This document shows positions 55,426-63,859 of a DNA stretch of 64,000 nt, one piece after another. A program made the translations under genes and the position numbers. Under the pieces are notes generated by a model, which saw only the letters and a list, made by a program, of their open reading frames with translations, ran no database searches and was not told where the DNA came from. The stretch's first letter is position 1. Each line of letters opens with the position of its first letter. The DNA is from Gemmatimonadota bacterium (GTDB taxonomy: Bacteria > Gemmatimonadota > Gemmatimonadetes > Palauibacterales > Palauibacteraceae): assembly GCA_048060725.1 (NCBI GenBank), contig JBGMQU010000003.1:527-64526 (forward strand), written 5' to 3'.

Positions 55426-56748
55426 TCATGCGTGGAGCGACTGAAAGTGCCGGCGATACCGCGTCTCGCTCGTGAACAGATCGACGGTCACCTCCTCGTC
55501 CGCCGCCCCGTGCTGGAAGCGCCGCTTCGGGAACACGGGCATCTCGATCCCCGTGATTTGTCGGAACCCGCTCGCGACCACCTCTCCCTTGAGGCGGTAC
55601 AGCGCTTCGTGGGAGCCCCGCGTGAGTTCGCGGAAGGGAATCGCTTCAGACACGCCGATCACGCGAGGTGACGAGAGAGGGGAGAATTGACGGAAGCCAT
55701 GGAGTCGGGCCGGCGCATACCCGCGCACGCAGCCCCGGCTCAAGCCGCCCGAGTACGTGAGCGAGTGCTTGATCGCGTCGACTCCCCACCCTTCGTGATA
55801 CAGCATGCGGTTGTTCACGACGCTGCGGATGGTGAGCTCCGGGTTTTCCTCGATCGGATAGTCCTTCAGGTTCTCGTCGCCCCCGTCTCCGTCGATCAGG
55901 TACTTCCAGGCAGGATAGCGATCCCGGATGCCCTGCAGGAGCGCGAGCGCGACCGCCGCGCACTCGACGTCGAGGGCCTTGTAGTCCTCGATCACCTCGA
56001 CGGCGCGAAGCGGTTTCACGGCGGTGCGGGACACTTCGATCGGTTCGCCCAGCATCTCGAGTCCCGTCGCGGACAGGAACCGACGGGCCTGATCTGCGTC
56101 GTCCCCCCCGCCGTCGACCGACAGCGTGAACGCCTTCAATCTCGATGGCGACTGCCCGAGATCGAGCAGTGCACGGTAGGTCGCGAGGAGCACCGCCCCG
56201 CTGTCGACTCCTCCGGAAAACAACACGCCCAGCGGCTCGTCGATGGGGATCGACTCGATCGTGTCTCTCACCTCCGCGAACAGCGCCCCAACGTACGCCC
56301 GCCCAATCGCGTCAACGTCGGCGGGGAGCGTTTCGCGGGGCGGGTCGAAGAACCTGCGATACACCGGGTTGGGATCGGGGCACCCGACGAGCCGGATTTC
56401 CGTCACGTGGTGGGCCGGCACCATACGCGTATACGACGGGTGGAACTGATCCGCGTAGCCCGCATCCATGAGCACGTCGCGGATGGCATCGATGCGATCG
56501 GAAACGACCAGCATGGGGCCGTCCGTCTCCTTCGCGAGGAAATACCGGAGCGGCCGGTCGAGGCTTCGGGCCAGCCGGACGACTTCGCCGTCGCGGGCGT
56601 ACAGCGCGAAGGAACCCTCGATGTCGAGTACCGCCCCGGGGTCTGCCGACAGTAGCCGGGCCCTGGCCTCGTCGAGCTCGAGACCCCGAATGGCCTGGGC
56701 TTCGGGCGAGATCGCATCGACGATGCGTGCAATGGTCGTTTCGTACAT
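55426..56748 (-). CDS. Asparagine synthetase B / beta-lactam synthetase-like ATP-dependent amidoligase lacking the Ntn Cys
   Basis: The PP-loop is GVLFSGGVDSGAVL. The N-terminal ~170 aa resemble a degenerate GATase-II domain (SFALYARDGEVVRLARSLDRPLRYF). The protein starts MYETT, so there is no Cys2 nucleophile. The gene lies 13 nt upstream of the radical SAM gene. Confidence 0.7.
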   Translation of the reverse strand: MYETTIARIVDAISPEAQAIRGLELDEARARLLSADPGAVLDIEGSFALYARDGEVVRLARSLDRPLRYFLAKETDGPMLVVSDRIDAIRDVLMDAGYADQFHPSYTRMVPAHHVTEIRLVGCPDPNPVYRRFFDPPRETLPADVDAIGRAYVGALFAEVRDTIESIPIDEPLGVLFSGGVDSGAVLLATYRALLDLGQSPSRLKAFTLSVDGGGDDADQARRFLSATGLEMLGEPIEVSRTAVKPLRAVEVIEDYKALDVECAAVALALLQGIRDRYPAWKYLIDGDGGDENLKDYPIEENPELTIRSVVNNRMLYHEGWGVDAIKHSLTYSGGLSRGCVRGYAPARLHGFRQFSPLSSPRVIGVSEAIPFRELTRGSHEALYRLKGEVVASGFRQITGIEMPVFPKRRFQHGAADEEVTVDLFTSETRYRRHFQSLHA

Positions 56749-57014
56749 ACGTGCGTGCCCCTCCTCGTCATCCGAGTCATCCGACGGGTTTCGCGTGCCT
56801 GCGCCCAGGATGCTGTTGAAAACCCCTGGTCGGTCACGTTATGACGCCGTAGCCCCGGATCCAACTGCTGTACCGGCGAGGCGTCCGCGAAGGAAGGGGA
56901 GAGGCCCCGTCGTCCGGAGCATGAATGGGTGACCGCCGCATCGCGGAGTCTCGTTCCGCGGAGCGCGCAGAAATGTGCGACGGCCACCCGTGTCGGCGTT
57001 TCGGTCGTAGCCTT

Positions 57015-57380
57015 CTAAGGCACGGGGATCAGGTTCGCATCGAGCGAGACCGGGATCACGTGGCACTCGTCGGCCGTGACCGTGATGTTTTCGGCGGTCC
57101 AGGTCATGAACCCTTCCTTCGTGATCGTGATGTCGTAGGTCCCGGCTCGCTCGCCCGCGCCGACCAACGTTTCCGGCGAGAACACCATCATGGTGTCCAC
57201 GAACGACCCCTCGACCGCGAGCCCGAACGCCCCCTCGGCGGCCGGCGTCCCGGAACCGTCGAGGACCGCAATCGAGAGTCCGTATCGAAACTCTAACGTG
57301 CAGGCCACTGCCGTCGGCTCGCTACACGCTACCAGGCCCGCGGCGAGCACAGAGATTCCGGCAATCATCGAACGTCTCAT
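57015..57380 (-). CDS. Small lipoprotein, function unknown
   Basis: The signal plus lipobox is MRRSMIAGISVLAAGLVAC. The remainder is beta-rich (GTYDITITKEGFMTW), reminiscent of carboxypeptidase-regulatory-like folds. Confidence 0.55.
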   Translation of the reverse strand: MRRSMIAGISVLAAGLVACSEPTAVACTLEFRYGLSIAVLDGSGTPAAEGAFGLAVEGSFVDTMMVFSPETLVGAGERAGTYDITITKEGFMTWTAENITVTADECHVIPVSLDANLIPVP

Positions 57381-57553
57381 CTATCCGCGCCTCCCGGTTC
57401 GTTCGTCCGGGGCAGAGGCGTGTCCGGCCGGAGCCGGCTGATCTTCGGTCGTCAGAGAAGGAACGTGCGGGCACGTCGCGGTCTGACACCCAGCGGGCCG
57501 GACGGGGCCTGCACGCCCGGGCCCGCCGGGTGTGGCGCTTCGGAGGTTTGTCT

Positions 57554-60500
57554 TCAGCTCGTGGCGCGGGCCGGCGTCCGGATGATCACGCCGGGCACCC
57601 CCTTTTCGCGCAACAGCTGGTTGAATTCCGCGACATCCGAATCGATGATCTGCTCGAGCGCATCGAGGTGTACGCCGAGGGCCGCCCGCAGGTCGTCCGC
57701 GCGCTCCGCGGCGCCGGCGTTCGGCCGATCGTACGTGGACCGGATGTAGCCGTAGAGCGCGGCGATCTGATTGTCGAGCATCGGCGGGAAGTTGAGCGGA
57801 TCCTGCCCGGACTCGTTCTTCGTCTGGAAGAGCTCTTCCTCGACGGCGGTCAGTTTCTCTCCCGTGTCTTCGGCCATCGTCTCGAACTCGTCACCGAAGC
57901 CGGCGTCCTTCGCCGTCTTCGCCACGTCCGTCATCTGATCGCGGATGGAGCGGATTTCGCGGACGGCGTCGTGCGACTCTTCCAGCATGGCCCGGACACG
58001 AACCATCAGATCGTGCTGAGCCTGCAGGTCCGCTGTCGAGACTTCGCCGGCCACGCGTGGATCGATTGCCACGTCGAGGGGCCGGGTCTGCGAGACGTCA
58101 CCCGTGGAAAGCCGGACCTCGTACTCGCCGGGAACCGCGGGAACCCGACCCGTGAAGCCCCAGATCTGCGCTCCGTCCACGATGTCGGGGCCCTCCTCCT
58201 GGAAGTTCCAGATCACTCGATTGAGGCCGGCCTCCGCGTCGAGGCGATCCGGGCTCCAATCGGGCGACCGGCCGATCGCCGCCTTCGCCTCGTCATCCCA
58301 GCTCTCCGGTTCGGTCGAGTAGACGCGTACCGTTCGTCCCGTGCGGTCGACGATCTCGAGGCTCAGAGGGTCGTCCGGATCCTCCGCCAGCTGGAAGTAG
58401 ATTGCCGCCCCGTTGGGGAAGACCCCCTGAGCGCGAACGGATGGCCCGGGCGTGTAGAGATGCAGCGGAGCGGAAGCGGTGGCGGCCGTCATCTGCCGAA
58501 CCGGTGTGATGTCGTCCAGGATCCAGAACGACCGGCCCTGCGTCGCCACCACGAGGTCGCCCCGGTGTATGCGCATGTCGGTGACGGGAGTGACGGGGAG
58601 ATCCAGCCGGAACGACTGCCACATCCCGCCGTCGTCGAAGCTGACGTACATGCCGTTCTCGGTGCCGGCGAACAGGAGCCCCTGTCGGACGGGATCTTCG
58701 CGGACGACCCGTACGAAGTGGCCGTCCTCGATACCGGCCGTACCCAGCCGGGTCCACGTTTCGCCGTAGTCGTCGGTCTGGAAGATGTAGGACCCGACGT
58801 CCTGCATCCGGTACCGGTAGGCGACGACGAGCGCCCGTCCGGCGCCGTGGGCCGACAGATCGATCATGTTCACGGTCGAGAACTCGGGGAGTCCGGGCGG
58901 CGTCACGTTTGCCCAGTTCGCGCCATCGTCACGAGAGACGTGGACGAGTCCGTCGTCCGAGCCGGCCCAAAGCACACCGCGCTCGTGGGGCGACTCCTCG
59001 AACGCGAAGATGGTCCCGTAGACCTCGACACCGGTGTTGTCCCAGGTGATTCGGCCGCCGGCCCAGTCCTGCTTGGTCGTGTCGTTTCTGGTCAGGTCGG
59101 GGCTGATGGTCTCCCAGGAGTATCCGCCGTCGGTCGTGCGGTTCACGAACTGAGACGTGTGGTAGACTACGTCCGGGTCGTGGGGTGAGATCCGGATCGG
59201 CGCGTTCCATTGGAAGCGGTGACGCAAGGTTCTGGGCGCCTGTCCGAGTTGCAGTTCCGGGTAGATGAGGATTTGCCGGACGTCCCCGGTGGCCCGGTTT
59301 ACGCGATTGATGTTCCCGCCGTAGCAGCCGGCGTACGTGACCATCGGGTCGCGCGGATCGATCGCGATGTGGCCGCTCTCGCACCCGCCGACCGCAGCCC
59401 AGTATTGGCTCGGCTGAACCGCGGGCATCCCGCGGCTCGGCACCATGATCGTCGAGTTGTCCTGCTGCGACCCGTACACACGATAAGGGAACTGGTCGTC
59501 CACGAAGACCCGGTAGATCTCAGCCGTCGTCTGGTTGTAGTAGGTCGACCACGACTCGGCCCCGGTCGTGGTTACCTGACCGCCCCCATCGTCCGCCACG
59601 ACCTGAAAGTCGGGGTCATCGTAGTTGATCCAGAGGTCATGGACGTCGCCGTGGGGCACTCCGTAGCTCTGCCAGGTCGTGCCGCCGTCGATCGACTTGA
59701 AGTATCCGGTGTTGAGCGCGTACACGGTGTTCTCGTCGACCGGGTCGGCGTAGATGTGCGTGTAGTACCACGCCCGTTGCTGGAGTTTGCGCTCGCGATT
59801 GACCCGCTTCCACGTGTCGCCGCCGTCGTCGGAGCGATACACGCCGCCCGCGTCATCCGGCGCCTCGATCAGCACCCACACCCGGTCGGGGTTCGCCCGC
59901 GACACGGTGACCGCCGCCTTGCCGACCAGCCCGGTGGGGAGTCCGCCCTCCAGCCGCTCCCAACTGTCGCCGGAGTCCGTCGAGCGGAAGATCCCGCTCT
60001 CCTCGGACCCCGAGATCGTGGTCCATGGCTTTCGTTCCGCCCGCCATGCCGCGGCGAAGATGACCCGAGGGTTCCCGGGGTTGATCGCGAGATCCACGAC
60101 CCCGGTCGAGTCCGAAATAAAGAGGACCCGATCCCAGGTGTCGCCGCCATCGAGCGTGCGGTATACGCCCCGTTCGGGGTTCGGCCCGAACGGATCGCCG
60201 AGCGCGGCCACGAAGGCGACGTCGGGGTCGTCCGGGTGGACCTCGATGCGGCCGATCTGGCCGGCGTTCGGGAGGCCGACGTGACTCCACGAGTCACCCC
60301 CGTCGGTGCTTCGATACACTCCGACGCCTTTCGACACGTTGCCCCGGATGCAGGCTGACCCCGTGCCGACGTAGATGACGTTCGCATCGCTGTCCGCGAC
60401 GTCGATGGCCCCGATCGACCCCGTGGAGAAAAAGTCATCCGAGACGTTGGTCCAGTTCAGGCCGGCGTCGCTCGTCTTCCAGACTCCGCCCCCGGTGGCC

Positions 60501-60709
60501 CCCATGAAGAACGTGAGCGGTTTTTCCGTGATGCCGGCCACGGCAGTGCTGCGCCCGCCGCGCGGTGGACCGATGGACCGATACGAAAGATCGCCGAATG
60601 CGGACTCATCGAACGCCGCTCCCTCCTGCGCGGTCGCCGCGCCAGGGGCCAGAACGCCGAAGGTCAGGACGGCGAGGAGCGCCGCTACGGGGGTGGGCGT
60701 GGTGCGCAT
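57554..60709 (-). CDS. BNR/Asp-box repeat, sortilin(VPS10)-like secreted protein
   Basis: The 1051-aa protein has a signal peptide and repeated S-x-D-x-G-x-T-W Asp-box motifs (TSDAGLNWT, STDGGDSWS, TLDGGDTWD, STDSGDSWE, SDDGGDTWK, SIDGGTTWQ, TTDGGYSWE, SRDDGANWA, TDDYGETWT). Confidence 0.85.
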   Translation of the reverse strand: MRTTPTPVAALLAVLTFGVLAPGAATAQEGAAFDESAFGDLSYRSIGPPRGGRSTAVAGITEKPLTFFMGATGGGVWKTSDAGLNWTNVSDDFFSTGSIGAIDVADSDANVIYVGTGSACIRGNVSKGVGVYRSTDGGDSWSHVGLPNAGQIGRIEVHPDDPDVAFVAALGDPFGPNPERGVYRTLDGGDTWDRVLFISDSTGVVDLAINPGNPRVIFAAAWRAERKPWTTISGSEESGIFRSTDSGDSWERLEGGLPTGLVGKAAVTVSRANPDRVWVLIEAPDDAGGVYRSDDGGDTWKRVNRERKLQQRAWYYTHIYADPVDENTVYALNTGYFKSIDGGTTWQSYGVPHGDVHDLWINYDDPDFQVVADDGGGQVTTTGAESWSTYYNQTTAEIYRVFVDDQFPYRVYGSQQDNSTIMVPSRGMPAVQPSQYWAAVGGCESGHIAIDPRDPMVTYAGCYGGNINRVNRATGDVRQILIYPELQLGQAPRTLRHRFQWNAPIRISPHDPDVVYHTSQFVNRTTDGGYSWETISPDLTRNDTTKQDWAGGRITWDNTGVEVYGTIFAFEESPHERGVLWAGSDDGLVHVSRDDGANWANVTPPGLPEFSTVNMIDLSAHGAGRALVVAYRYRMQDVGSYIFQTDDYGETWTRLGTAGIEDGHFVRVVREDPVRQGLLFAGTENGMYVSFDDGGMWQSFRLDLPVTPVTDMRIHRGDLVVATQGRSFWILDDITPVRQMTAATASAPLHLYTPGPSVRAQGVFPNGAAIYFQLAEDPDDPLSLEIVDRTGRTVRVYSTEPESWDDEAKAAIGRSPDWSPDRLDAEAGLNRVIWNFQEEGPDIVDGAQIWGFTGRVPAVPGEYEVRLSTGDVSQTRPLDVAIDPRVAGEVSTADLQAQHDLMVRVRAMLEESHDAVREIRSIRDQMTDVAKTAKDAGFGDEFETMAEDTGEKLTAVEEELFQTKNESGQDPLNFPPMLDNQIAALYGYIRSTYDRPNAGAAERADDLRAALGVHLDALEQIIDSDVAEFNQLLREKGVPGVIIRTPARATS

Positions 60710-60798
60710 GTGCTTCTCCTGAGACGCTGCTGAAAAAAAGACTGGCAGGTCACGTTACGGCGGCGCGGCCCCGCATCCAAGGCATACAGCGGGGTGGT

Positions 60799-61224
60799 TC
60801 AGGGCCGAGCCCTGGACAGAGAGTCGTACCACCTTGAGCGGATCTCCTCGATCAGGTCCTCGCGCTCCGTTCGGATTCGTCGCACAACGTCCGGGGGCGC
60901 CGCCGTTTCGGGGTCGTGGATCGCTCCCCACAGGATCATCTCGATCAGGATCGGGAGCGTATCGAGACCCTTCTCGGTCAGGCCGTACTCGTATCGCTTC
61001 CTATCGCCGGGGTCGCGGGTCCTGGTGAGCAACCCCGCGGCCTCCAGTCGTTCGAGCCGGTCGGCCAGGATGTTCGTGGAGATCCCTTCACCAGCGTCGA
61101 GGAACTCGCCGTAGTACCGCCGGCCCCCGAACAGGATGTCCCGGAGCACCAGCAGGCTCCAGCGATCGCCGAACAACTCCAGCGAAACGGAGACGGGACA
61201 CCCCGACCTTCTGCCTTTTCTCAT
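60799..61224 (-). CDS. HxlR family transcriptional regulator
   Basis: CPVSVSLELFGDRWSLLVLRDILFGGRRYYGEF...ISTNILADRLERLEAAGLL. It is divergent from the DinB-family gene. Confidence 0.85.
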   Translation of the reverse strand: MRKGRRSGCPVSVSLELFGDRWSLLVLRDILFGGRRYYGEFLDAGEGISTNILADRLERLEAAGLLTRTRDPGDRKRYEYGLTEKGLDTLPILIEMILWGAIHDPETAAPPDVVRRIRTEREDLIEEIRSRWYDSLSRARP

Positions 61225-61334
61225 GTCGACAACCTACGCTACTTGCAAAACGCAAGCAAACAACGTACGGTGGGCTTCGGCTCGGTGGACCCGAGCCCCT
61301 CGCATGAAGAACAGACTCGCAACGGAGGCGAAGA

Positions 61335-61844
61335 ATGAACAGCCCGAAGATGGCCTCGATGCTTGCCGAGCTCGAGCAGGAGGAGGCCGCGACGCTCCGC
61401 ATGCTGGAGCGCGTCCCCGCGGACAAGCTGGAGTGGCGCCCCCACCCGAAGTCGATGACGCTCGGGCAGCTCGCTCTCCATACCGCCGGCACGATCGGCG
61501 ACATCAGCAACTTCCTCGAACTCGAGGGGTTCGACGTGAACGACGCGGACTTCGAAGCCGCCCAACCGGCGTCCATCGACGAAATCCTGGAGAAGTTCGA
61601 AACTGCGCAGGCGATGGCGCGCGAACGGTTCGCGGCCTTGAGCGACGACCAGGCGGCGGCGCCCTGGACTCTGTCGAAGGGCGACACCGAGATCTTCACG
61701 ATTCCGAAGGCCTGGCTCGCTCGATCGCTCATGATGAACCACCTGTACCACCATCGCGGTCAGCTGTCCGTATACCTCCGTCTTCTCGATGTGCCCGTGC
61801 CTGTCACGTACGGACGGAGCGCCGACGAAGACGCCTTTGCGTAG
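61335..61844 (+). CDS. DinB family protein
   Basis: The 169-aa protein reads LEQEEAATLRMLERVPADKLEWRPHPKSMTLGQLALH...MNHLYHHRGQLSVYLRLL, which fits the DinB four-helix pattern with His residues. Confidence 0.8.
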   Translation: MNSPKMASMLAELEQEEAATLRMLERVPADKLEWRPHPKSMTLGQLALHTAGTIGDISNFLELEGFDVNDADFEAAQPASIDEILEKFETAQAMARERFAALSDDQAAAPWTLSKGDTEIFTIPKAWLARSLMMNHLYHHRGQLSVYLRLLDVPVPVTYGRSADEDAFA

Positions 61845-61882
61845 CACGATTCGGAGATCAGGCGAGGCACCGGCACGGCGTC

Positions 61883-62407
61883 CTACGAGGTGATCAGGTC
61901 GAGGATGTCATCGATGGCGCCCTCAGCAATCTGTTCCAGTTCGGCAGGGGAGCGGTTCTGGATCGGGTGCGGAACCCAGACGATCCCCGGCTCGAACCCG
62001 AGCGACCGCGACTGCTTGGCCGCCGCGTCCCGGAACTCCGTCGTCACGACGAAGCAGCCCGGTACGCCCCGGTCATCGAGCGCCTTCAGGTCGTGCAGAC
62101 CGCACGACGTGCAGGATCCTCAGTCGGCGAGTGCCTGGACGACGGCGTGCGCCTCCGTCGCGATCCGCTGGAGGATGTCGGGGGAGGCGGTCCGCGCGTT
62201 CGTGGGTTTCCTCGATCGGATCGTGTCGACGCCGCGCGCGGTCAACCGCATCTCGAGATAGTCGAGGAACTCCTCACTGCGCGCCTTCCCGATCCCCTGG
62301 AGGGCGACGACCTTGCCGACAAGGCTGGCCGGCGGGGCCCTTCGGGGCCGGACGACAGGTTCCGTCTCGGCCGTAGGGTCGCACAGCACATTGACCGCGT
62401 CGTTCAT
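61883..62407 (-). CDS. Selenoprotein with U-G-S-C redox motif (UGA-recoded; 174 aa, Sec at residue 96)
   Basis: The track ORF ends at TGA 62120-62122, but the same frame stays open for 78 more G/C3-rich codons to TAG 61883-61885. Hand translation gives MNDAVNVL...EAHAVVQALAD-U-GSCTSCGLHDLKALDDRGVPGCFVVTTEFRDAAAKQSRSLGFEPGIVWVPHPIQNRSPAELEQIAEGAIDDILDLITS. A SECIS-like hairpin lies 11 nt downstream of the UGA. The ATG at 62407 overlaps the stop of the upstream gene (ATGA). I recall a curated family named 'UGSC family (seleno)protein', and this should be verified. Confidence 0.8.
62090..62108 (-). promoter_or_regulatory. Bacterial SECIS element (apical stem-loop)
   Basis: The minus-strand RNA reads UGA-GGAUCCUGCAC-GUCGUGC-GGUCU-GCACGAC, a perfect 7-bp stem with a GGUCU loop. 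Numbering the U of UGA as +1, the loop spans +22 to +26, with G at +23 and U at +24. This is the same geometry and GGUC loop as the E. coli fdhF SECIS, as I recall it. Confidence 0.75.
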
Positions 62408-63855
62408 GTCCGGATCTCCCTCGTTACCGGATGCGAATGCTCGTGAGCCCGCCCGCCCGGCCAGCCGGGCAGGATCGCCGAGAACAGCCCTGCAGGCCCG
62501 CCCGCCCGGGCGATCAGCAGGCCGTCTGGGGGGAACTTCGGGATCATGTCGTCCGCCCGCGAGGCCGGCATGCCCTCCCCGACGCCGCCCGCGCCCTCGA
62601 TGAGATCCCGGCCCGGCCGGGTGGTCGCGTCGGTCAGCGCACGGGTGATCCGGGTCCGATCCCAGCCGGCGTCCCGGAAGATCGCGTAGTGCTCCGGCGA
62701 GAGCAGGAGCAGCGTGAACGCCCATTCGCAGAGCTTCGGGTGGCCGACCGACACGAGGCTCATCGCGAGAGACCGCACCAGTTCTTCGGGGGTGCGGGAC
62801 TGCTGGTCCACGAACCCCTGCACGCCCTCTCCCTGGAACAGCGTGACCGCGTTACGGCCCGGGGCGACGCCGCGCGACGTGGCGAGCGGCTCCCACTCCG
62901 GGTCGGACTCGTCTTCGGCGAAACACTGCGTGAACTTGCTCGCCGAGCCGAACGTCGCCCGGTCGATGCCGCCCGGCCTCCCGCCGCCGACGTTCTGGAC
63001 GATGAGGTTCAGCGCGCGACCGATTGTGGCGTTCGCCCGATTCCCCTGGCCGAGGACGTTGATTCCGGAGTTCATGCCGAGTCGACGGGCCATGGGGCCG
63101 TTCACGATGATGACCGGGGTGCTGAAGCAGGTGCTGCACAGAATCGCGTGGAGCGTGAAGCCCGGTTCCAGCGCCGCCTCCACGATTCCCAGGAGGAGCG
63201 GCATGTACTCCGGCCTGCAGCCGGCCATCACCGCGTTGATCGCCACCTTTTCGACGGTGCACTCCACGAGATCGGGCGGGATCTTCCCCACCATCTCCTC
63301 TGCCGGACGGGGCGTGCCCCCGAGCATCCGCACGATTCGCTCCGGCGTGGGGGGGACCACCGGGAGCCCATCCGTCCACCCCCGGTCGAAACAGGTTTCC
63401 ATCGGGTCGGTGAACTCCGGGACGTGAATGAGGCGGGAGCTGAGGCCGGTGTCCCCGTAGCGGACCAGAAGGGTCTCCGGAACTCCCGGCTCCACGGATT
63501 TTGAACCGCACCCAGGCCGATGCTTCGGGAGTCCCTCGCCGAGACCGTCGATCTCCGTCAGCCGCTCCCAATCGGCGCGGTTCCACCCGACGACCCGATC
63601 GATTTCGTCTCCGTCCACGAACCGAATCAGCGTCGGGACGGTCTCGATTCGCAGGCGAAAGGAGTGCTCGAGCGATCGGTCATCGATTACCCCGTCGACG
63701 TCCGGGGGGAATCCCGGATCGTCCTGGCTGTACACGACGATCTCGGCGTCGGCGGTGCTCAGCCGGTGAAGGACCGGCCCGACGAGCCGGCAGGCGGGGC
63801 AGTCCTCCTTCACCACCGCGACGAGCCCGGTTCGCAGAGGGTCGGAACCCCTCAC
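62404..63855 (-). CDS. Thioredoxin-fold (CPAC) domain fused to a ~380-aa domain of unknown function
   Basis: The GTG at 63855 lies 5 nt after the upstream stop; the track start at 63972 would overlap the upstream gene. The N-terminus LVAVVKEDCPACRLVGPVLHRL...VPTLIRFVDGDE is thioredoxin-like with a CxxC motif. The large C-terminal domain is Cys-containing and I cannot name it (CFDRGWTDGLPVVPPT..., AILCSTCFSTPVIIVNGP...). Confidence 0.7.
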   Translation of the reverse strand: MRGSDPLRTGLVAVVKEDCPACRLVGPVLHRLSTADAEIVVYSQDDPGFPPDVDGVIDDRSLEHSFRLRIETVPTLIRFVDGDEIDRVVGWNRADWERLTEIDGLGEGLPKHRPGCGSKSVEPGVPETLLVRYGDTGLSSRLIHVPEFTDPMETCFDRGWTDGLPVVPPTPERIVRMLGGTPRPAEEMVGKIPPDLVECTVEKVAINAVMAGCRPEYMPLLLGIVEAALEPGFTLHAILCSTCFSTPVIIVNGPMARRLGMNSGINVLGQGNRANATIGRALNLIVQNVGGGRPGGIDRATFGSASKFTQCFAEDESDPEWEPLATSRGVAPGRNAVTLFQGEGVQGFVDQQSRTPEELVRSLAMSLVSVGHPKLCEWAFTLLLLSPEHYAIFRDAGWDRTRITRALTDATTRPGRDLIEGAGGVGEGMPASRADDMIPKFPPDGLLIARAGGPAGLFSAILPGWPGGRAHEHSHPVTREIRT

Positions 63856-63859
63856 CTGC

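Noticed and set aside
56839-57066. A 75-aa minus-strand ORF upstream of the AsnB-like cassette was considered as a possible precursor peptide.
   Set aside because: It overlaps the 3' end of the lipoprotein gene in another frame, its composition is Arg/Pro/Gly-rich, and it has no leader/core-like features.
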